The notes beneath the pieces are model-generated. The model saw nothing but the letters and a program-made list of their open reading frames with translations, was not told the DNA's origin and ran no database searches. Positions 1 through 5,954 of a DNA stretch of 13,028 nt are shown piece by piece. The first letter of the stretch is position 1, and each line of letters starts with the position of its first letter. The position numbers were made by a program, and so were the translations under genes. Source of the stretch: Abditibacteriaceae bacterium (GTDB lineage Bacteria > Armatimonadota > Abditibacteriia > Abditibacteriales > Abditibacteriaceae); contig JANMKN010000289.1 in the NCBI GenBank assembly GCA_031372065.1, forward strand, positions 1-13,028, read 5' to 3'.

Positions 1-3000
1 TGAGGCGTGTCCCAGTGAATTACATGGCGCGAACGCTGCCCGTTCCAGCCCACAGCGCCCGCATCCGAGCAAATCATAACATCCGCGCCCGGATCGGAAA
101 CATAACGCCCCGCCGCTTTATCGAACTGCGGCGAGAATTTCACTTTCGCCGCTTCTTTTTCAGCGCCGCTCATCGAACCATCCAGACGCGCCGTGCGCAC
201 GCCTTTATCGGCCAGATGCTTTTCTATGAGGTTCACCGCTTCGCGATTATGCGCGAAGATAATTGGGCAGTGTTCTTCGGGACGCTTGATATTGCTGTTG
301 CCGGAAATTGGCTTTGGTTCGTCATCGCCGAATAGACCGCCGCCAGAGGGCGTTTCGGTTTTGGCAGCGGCGCCGTCCGGTTGATTTAATCCCAGTTCAT
401 TCAAACCAAGACGCTGATCAAGCCAATGCAATTTTGCGCCTTGGGGATGCTGATTAACAACGCGGTCTAAGGCGGCATCGCGCAAAATACCGAGCGAACC
501 GGCTAATTTCGCCGCGACTTCTTCGTGTTGCGCCGCCGGAACAGGGGCGAACGACGAAGGCGAGAGCGTTTTTATCGCTTCTGTATCCACTTGCCCTTGT
601 TTGCGCGCAGCCCGCGCCCGTTGGAACATCGCCAGCACATCGTTATAGTCTTTTTTCTGTGGAGGAGTCATTTCCACACTATGGAATTGAGAATCGAGCG
701 CGCTATCCGGTTTGATGCTTTCGGCATAATGATACGGCGCCAGCTCGCGTTGCAGAGCCTCATGCGCCGCCGGTGTGTTGACGTTGTATTTGCGCAAAAA
801 CTCACTACGCGTAATCGTATGCGAGGCATTGGCTTCTGGATGATCGTCATTTACATAACGCGCAGGGGCGATTTTGCGTAGCGCATCGAAAGATTCCGAC
901 GCATCGTTTTTCCCCAGCAAGTCGGCGCTCATCGGAACATGGTATTCGTGTCCTGCCGTAAAAGCGTCAATGGTGTTTGCCATTGCGGAATTTTCTTTGC
1001 CGGCGCGATTCAGGAGGTTATGGCCTTCATCAACCACGCTCATACCAAAGTGCCACCCATGATGCTCCATTGCGGCTTTCATGGCGGCATTGCGCTCCAC
1101 TTCCGGGGCTTTACCTAAGAAGTCAGAGGCTTTTTCTTCGTCACCATCGAACTTGTGCTGGGCCAGCGCCCAATTCAAATCGTCGCGTAGCGCCTGATGA
1201 GTCACGACACAAATATCATGGCCTGAATCCTTGTGATACGAGGCACGCCGCGCTTCGGGCGCCGCGCCCGCGTCCGAAAACCACTGCGGATGATTCTTAT
1301 CGGTCAGGTCATAAAAGCGCGCCGCTTCTGAGCCGAATTGCTCCTGCACCACACTGGGCACCGCCATTAAGGTGCGCTGCACTTTGCCCTTGCTTTTGAG
1401 ATGTGAATGCGCCGCTAAGGAAATTGCAGATTTGCCGCTACCCACCCCCATGTTACAGCCCACTCGTTTCATGGCTTCTATCTGCTTTACAGCGCGTTGC
1501 CGCTTTACGCCAGTGGCCGAACTCATATCAATGTCACCGGCGGCAGCCGTGCCCTTTTTCAGATTGATATTGGGCATCAAACTACGCACCATCGCTTCAG
1601 CGGCGCCGCCGAGCGAAAGACGGTGCGTATCCAATTGCTGAGACTCGGTTTTGCCCTCGTCCACACTGAACAAGGCATCGCCCATAAGCGAAGTTTTACG
1701 TTCGGCTTCTAATTTGGCGCCGGTGTTATCAAAGTCGAATTTGCCGCCTTTGCGCTTATGCAATTTGGCGCGCTCTGATTTGTTGAGTGCTTCGACTTCT
1801 TTGCGCCGATCACGCGACAGCGAGGCCAATGAGTGGGCATCACCAAAAGTGAGAGGCACCGGCGCTGTTTGGAATTCTGTGCCGTGCAACTGTTTGTAAC
1901 CCTTGGCAAAGCGCGCCGCGAAATCGCCCTTCATTTTTTCCTGAATGGTTTGATAGGCGCGGCGCTCCGATTCTTTATCGCCGCCGCCCATGGCCGCCAC
2001 ATATTCGGCCCAGCGCTGGCTGCCAGTGTGAACCAACTCAGGATTGAAAACCTTATGCGGTTCGGGCAGAGCGGCTTTTCCGTTGGCCGAGTTATTATTC
2101 GGTTCCGGCATTCCTAAGTCGGGCGTGCCCAACATTTGCCGGAACGCATGATCACGCAAAAAACCTTTGATGCGTCGCCGCGCGATGCCCGCCACTTCAC
2201 GCTCCGATTTGTTGTCGGTGACTTCCAATTCGGGATAGCCCACTTCGTATTGGCGCGTTTGCAGGTCAATATTGCGCGCTTCGCCCTTGAAACCAAGGTC
2301 AGCCGCGTGTTGGCTTGCCGCTGCGATAACAGCGGCATCATCATTCAAATCCACTGAGGCAAAAGTGTGGGGTTCCGCTGGTGCTTCATCGCCAAATAAA
2401 CCGCCGCCGGACGATTCCGCGCTATCGGCGAGATGCTTTTGAATGGCGTTATAAGGGTCGGCTTTGCCGTCTTGCGATAATTCCCGCCATTTTTCCCACG
2501 CGCGCCGCTCGTCAACGCTAAGAGCCTGCGTCGGATTTTCTTTGTTTTTGGGGTCAATCGGCTTGCCCTCATGATCGCGAAAAATGTGTTCAAAGGCGTA
2601 GTCACGAATCGCCGCACGTCCCTGTCGGCCCAGACAGCCCACATCGGCGAAGGCGTGTTGAAATCTGGGGTCTTGCAATGCCACCTGATGCACTAAATCA
2701 TGCGTTTTCCAATCAAGTGGCAGGGTTTGGTTATGGATGCTTTGTTCGGCGCTGTCCATACGACCAGCAGCAATTTCATTTTGCACCCAATCGGCATGAT
2801 AGCCATTGAACAGTTCGCGGATTTTGTTTTGATGATCGAGCGCGCCTTCACCGTCGAGAGAGGCATTGCCGGTGCGTTTGAATTCGGGAGCCACAGATTG
2901 CAAAGCGTTGGAGTAAGCCTCATTCAAATCTGTAGGGACATGATCGGCGCGAAAGCCTTGGGCACGAATGGCCGATACAATGGCAACGGCGTCTTGACCG

Positions 3001-5624
3001 GCTTCGATGCGCCGCGCAATAAGGTCTTTGAGCGATTGGCCGATTTCGTCTGGTGAAGTTTTGCCGTCGAGATTCAATTGCAAATCGTGACGGGGCACAA
3101 CAACGCCATCGCCGCCGGAAACATCAATGGCTGGGCGCGGCGAAAACCCTTTGGGTAACCAGTTGGTTTCATCGTGCTTGCCTTCTTTGATGTCAGAGGC
3201 CAATTGCACCCGTTTCAAATGGTCAGAGTCTTCTTGGAGCGAATGGGCCAAGTGCTGCAAACCATCGCTATGGATGACAAGAAATTTATTCTTGCCGTCG
3301 TTGTAGATGCGAAAATGGCCGGCTTCTTTTAAGTCGCCCGTATCAGGGTCAAAAACATCCGCTTTGGTCAGGCCCGTCGCGCCCGCTTTAATAAGGGCAT
3401 CCTCTGTGCTGACAGCGCCGAGTGGAATCTGCACTTCGTTTTTGGGCTTGCCCATGAACGCGTAATTCAGTGCCGCCCCCGCTTCGAGACGGCCCAAAGC
3501 CACGCCCAGATGTTCGCGCGCTTGGCGCACAAGGTCATTTTTCTGTTTGGCTTGGTCAAGTCCGGCCATGAGCGCATCCACGGATTCGAGCGGGAGATCT
3601 TCCAAGTTTTCGGCTTGGTTCATTAGTTCCTTGGCATGATCAACCGCCGTGTCAGAAATAGCAATTTGTGTTTCGACATGATGGGCTTCGAGGCCCGCGC
3701 GCAAGCCTTGCGTTTTGGTGGCGTCTCCGTTGGTTGAAAGTTCCAGCGCGCGCCGCAAAACATGAGCAGTGCCTTCTGGCCCTAAAATATCGGCCATCAG
3801 CGGGTCGGGGCTGCGCACACCGGCGATTTGCGCCACGTTGCCAAAAAGCGCATTATGGCCGCTCAAACGGTGCGACACCAGCGGGGCGATAGCATCTTGC
3901 GCGTTGTAGCAATCAATCAAATCGCCCATCGCGCGCTGGCGCTCCTTTTCGGCTTCGCGTTCGTCCGGTTTGCTAAGGTCATCCAACACTTGTTGCAAGG
4001 CGTCTTCATTAGAAAGCGGCGTGGCGTGGACGATAGCGGCTTTGGGAATTTCATCAATTGACGCAGCTTCCTTGATGCGTTGCTTTTCTTCGTCGGTGGC
4101 CGCCAGCGTTGCTTTCAATTGCTTGAGGCGCGTCAAGGTTTCCACGGCACTTTTCATGTCCGTGGTTTTAGGCATGGTATCCAAATTCTGAATCTTGCCA
4201 AGCGGCCCCTCGCCTTTTTCACCTAATTGTTCCGCCGCGCGTCGCACTTCCTCGCGCGCCGCCGCCGCGCCTTCCTGCACCCGCTGCACAAACTGTTCAG
4301 AACGCGCGACGCTGTCCAAATTGAAGCCGTGGCGTTCCAAACGGCTCTGGCGATTTTGCGCGTCTGCTTGCTCTTTGGCATCCGGTAGCACCATACCCCG
4401 CGCTTCGGCTTCGGCGCGCAAGCCTGCCACATAACCTTTGCCGCTATCGCCCATTGTTTGCTTGACCAAGTCCCCAATGGAGACATCACCCATTGTTTCG
4501 TGGCTGATGCCATCGGCAGCGGTGGCAACCAAATCGGACAGGTTATCGCCCAGTTCCAACACGCGGCGCAGCACCAATTTTTGATGTTTGGCCTGAATTT
4601 TTTGCACCAGTTGACCGGCTTGCTTTTGCAGTTCCTCGCGCGCCGCCGCTGCTGTGTTGGGATTTTCGGAGGCCAAACGGGCGCGCAACTTCGGATTATT
4701 GGCGAGAATTTCGCTTTCTTTTTGGCCCTGCAATTCTTTTAAATTTTGCTCGGATATCTGAAAGACGGATGTGTCCCACCCTTGCGCTTTGGCGATTTCA
4801 GTTAAATGTTCGTCAATCGCTTTTTGCTTTTGCGCTTCGAGGTCGGCACTGGCCTTGGTTTGTGCCTCGCGCGTTTGCTTTACCTCATCAATAGCGCGTT
4901 TGTGGGCTTCCTTTTCGATATGTTCCGGTGTGAACTTTTCGCCGGTGGCTTCCGATTCCGCGTGAAGAGAAGCGCGGTGCTTGTCTTTGACGCTTTCAAA
5001 ATGCTTGGCTTTATCTTGTTCTTCCTTTTCACGCTTTTGTCGCGCCCGTTCTTTACCAAGGCTCTTATATTCTTCTGGAGACTTGACATGAACCAGGCGC
5101 AGACCATTGATTTTGCCACCGGCGCCGCCGGCCACACTCCACGATTTATCGCTGTTGCGCTTGATTTTGACAGGAACGCCTTTGCCATCCTCGCCATGCG
5201 GGTGAACAGTAATCCAACGCTCGGAGGGGCCAATATCGCCGGCAGCCGCCTCCTGTGATTTAAGCAGTGTTTCAGTGGGCGAAAAATCGAAACTGAGTGC
5301 GAACGGCACGCCCAGAGGCCCTATATTTCCCAAATCCTGAATCGCTTTGGAGAGGCAATCGGCGGGCGAGGCGCTGACGGAATGCAGACCATGCCGTTTC
5401 CAGTTGCGTGGGCAAACCGCCGCCGCCCCCCGTTTGGGGTCATAACCAAGCAAAATGAGCAGGTCAGAATCATCGAAATCCGGCGCATTTTGTAATGCTG
5501 TTTGCAATGCTGCTTTTGGGGCGCGCTGAGGCGTGGAAGCCACTTTTCCTCTTCCCTGTCTGGGGCTTGGTGAAACTCCCTGATTGACCAACTGCACTAA
5601 TTCATCTGCTGTGACGTAAACCAT
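1..5624 (-). CDS. Giant phage SNF2/SF2 helicase-domain protein (large polyvalent, DarB-like class); >1874 aa, 3' end beyond window
   Basis: ATG at 5624 with GAGGTG RBS (ttgaggtgcatcATG). Manual translation shows no stop down to position 3, and the ORF track lists no minus ORF in this frame there. Walker A MGVGSGKS (1428-1451), motif Ia AVPSVVQEQF, Ib VVTHQAL, Walker B VVDEGH (DEGH 1020-1031), motif III region MSADLLGKND, motif IV PIIFAHN (~246-266), LDGSMS, motif V ICSDAGAVGWNGQRSRHVIHWDTP (3-74). N-terminal RWITVHPHG..GVPVKIK..VAGGAGGKINGLRL segment resembles large phage head-module proteins. Confidence 0.93.
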   Translation of the reverse strand, partial: MVYVTADELVQLVNQGVSPSPRQGRGKVASTPQRAPKAALQTALQNAPDFDDSDLLILLGYDPKRGAAAVCPRNWKRHGLHSVSASPADCLSKAIQDLGNIGPLGVPFALSFDFSPTETLLKSQEAAAGDIGPSERWITVHPHGEDGKGVPVKIKRNSDKSWSVAGGAGGKINGLRLVHVKSPEEYKSLGKERARQKREKEEQDKAKHFESVKDKHRASLHAESEATGEKFTPEHIEKEAHKRAIDEVKQTREAQTKASADLEAQKQKAIDEHLTEIAKAQGWDTSVFQISEQNLKELQGQKESEILANNPKLRARLASENPNTAAAAREELQKQAGQLVQKIQAKHQKLVLRRVLELGDNLSDLVATAADGISHETMGDVSIGDLVKQTMGDSGKGYVAGLRAEAEARGMVLPDAKEQADAQNRQSRLERHGFNLDSVARSEQFVQRVQEGAAAAREEVRRAAEQLGEKGEGPLGKIQNLDTMPKTTDMKSAVETLTRLKQLKATLAATDEEKQRIKEAASIDEIPKAAIVHATPLSNEDALQQVLDDLSKPDEREAEKERQRAMGDLIDCYNAQDAIAPLVSHRLSGHNALFGNVAQIAGVRSPDPLMADILGPEGTAHVLRRALELSTNGDATKTQGLRAGLEAHHVETQIAISDTAVDHAKELMNQAENLEDLPLESVDALMAGLDQAKQKNDLVRQAREHLGVALGRLEAGAALNYAFMGKPKNEVQIPLGAVSTEDALIKAGATGLTKADVFDPDTGDLKEAGHFRIYNDGKNKFLVIHSDGLQHLAHSLQEDSDHLKRVQLASDIKEGKHDETNWLPKGFSPRPAIDVSGGDGVVVPRHDLQLNLDGKTSPDEIGQSLKDLIARRIEAGQDAVAIVSAIRAQGFRADHVPTDLNEAYSNALQSVAPEFKRTGNASLDGEGALDHQNKIRELFNGYHADWVQNEIAAGRMDSAEQSIHNQTLPLDWKTHDLVHQVALQDPRFQHAFADVGCLGRQGRAAIRDYAFEHIFRDHEGKPIDPKNKENPTQALSVDERRAWEKWRELSQDGKADPYNAIQKHLADSAESSGGGLFGDEAPAEPHTFASVDLNDDAAVIAAASQHAADLGFKGEARNIDLQTRQYEVGYPELEVTDNKSEREVAGIARRRIKGFLRDHAFRQMLGTPDLGMPEPNNNSANGKAALPEPHKVFNPELVHTGSQRWAEYVAAMGGGDKESERRAYQTIQEKMKGDFAARFAKGYKQLHGTEFQTAPVPLTFGDAHSLASLSRDRRKEVEALNKSERAKLHKRKGGKFDFDNTGAKLEAERKTSLMGDALFSVDEGKTESQQLDTHRLSLGGAAEAMVRSLMPNINLKKGTAAAGDIDMSSATGVKRQRAVKQIEAMKRVGCNMGVGSGKSAISLAAHSHLKSKGKVQRTLMAVPSVVQEQFGSEAARFYDLTDKNHPQWFSDAGAAPEARRASYHKDSGHDICVVTHQALRDDLNWALAQHKFDGDEEKASDFLGKAPEVERNAAMKAAMEHHGWHFGMSVVDEGHNLLNRAGKENSAMANTIDAFTAGHEYHVPMSADLLGKNDASESFDALRKIAPARYVNDDHPEANASHTITRSEFLRKYNVNTPAAHEALQRELAPYHYAESIKPDSALDSQFHSVEMTPPQKKDYNDVLAMFQRARAARKQGQVDTEAIKTLSPSSFAPVPAAQHEEVAAKLAGSLGILRDAALDRVVNQHPQGAKLHWLDQRLGLNELGLNQPDGAAAKTETPSGGGLFGDDEPKPISGNSNIKRPEEHCPIIFAHNREAVNLIEKHLADKGVRTARLDGSMSGAEKEAAKVKFSPQFDKAAGRYVSDPGADVMICSDAGAVGWNGQRSRHVIHWDTP

Positions 5625-5645
5625 GATGCACCTCAAGAAAGTCTC

Positions 5646-5701
5646 AAAAACAGAAAAACCGCAACATATTCCCAAGAGAATGCGTTGCGGCTCTGTGGCC
5701 T
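5646..5701 (-). terminator. Terminator-like hairpin with conserved 5' motif in the leader of the helicase gene (possible attenuator/antitermination site)
   Basis: Minus strand reads AGGCCACAGAG-CCGCAACGCATTC-TCTTGG-GAATATGTTGCGG-TTTTTCTGTTTTT: a 13-bp near-perfect stem followed by a T-run, ~22 nt before the ATG. Confidence 0.75.
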
Positions 5702-5727
5702 AAAAACCAGATTGTTCGCCTCAAATT

Positions 5728-5736
5728 TGCTATAAT
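5728..5736 (+). promoter_or_regulatory. Extended -10 sigma70-type promoter (TGnTATAAT) firing on the plus strand
   Basis: TGCTATAAT at 5728-5736 in an AT-rich intergenic patch. No convincing -35 at 17-bp spacing, which is normal for extended -10 promoters. Confidence 0.7.
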
Positions 5737-5742
5737 TTTATG

Positions 5743-5954
5743 TGATGTCGCGGTAGTTTGCACCATCCCGCCAAGAGCAAAGGTAGGCGGAAATAACGCG
5801 GTTCGGGTCAGGCCTTAACCCGGTGTCGGAGTGTGTAATCCCAAAGCACAATCCGGGACGCAGCGTGGTTGCAAGCCCACGGGGGCGTCAGTCGCTGTAA
5901 CTGAACTTTGCCTTGCTCCCCGCATCTTATAAAGGACGCGGGGAGTTTTGTTTT
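5743..5954 (+). ncRNA. Candidate structured non-coding RNA (~210 nt), convergent with and overlapping the 3' end of the PBECR nuclease gene; family unknown
   Basis: Bounded by an extended -10 and a plus-oriented intrinsic terminator. No plus-strand ORF (ATG at 5745 gives only M-S-R-stop). Consecutive stems: CCGCC/GGCGG (5768-5790), CGGGT/ACCCG (5804-5822), CGGA-TGTGT/GCACA-TCCG (5827-5855), GACGC-CGTGG/CCACG-GCGTC (5857-5889), TCAGT/ACTGA (5888-5904). The 5' end is estimated from the -10 position. Confidence 0.6.
5916..5954 (+). terminator. Intrinsic (Rho-independent) terminator for the plus-strand transcript
   Basis: CTCCCCGC (5916-5923) ... GCGGGGAG (5938-5945) followed by TTTTGTTTT (5946-5954). 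There is no T-run on the minus side, so it is oriented against the protein genes. The nuclease stop codon (5927-5929) lies inside the hairpin. Confidence 0.75.

Noticed and set aside
15..5258. Many 60-150 aa ORFs on the plus strand and in an alternative minus frame
   Set aside because: They are shadows of the giant helicase ORF, which has a good RBS and ordered helicase motifs.
5743..5910. Canonical tRNA, SRP RNA (GGTCAGG at 5806-5812), tmRNA or riboswitch
   Set aside because: No cloverleaf with a D-arm and TTCRA loop, the SRP GGAAGGAAGCAG motif is absent, and there is no tag ORF or recognisable aptamer consensus.
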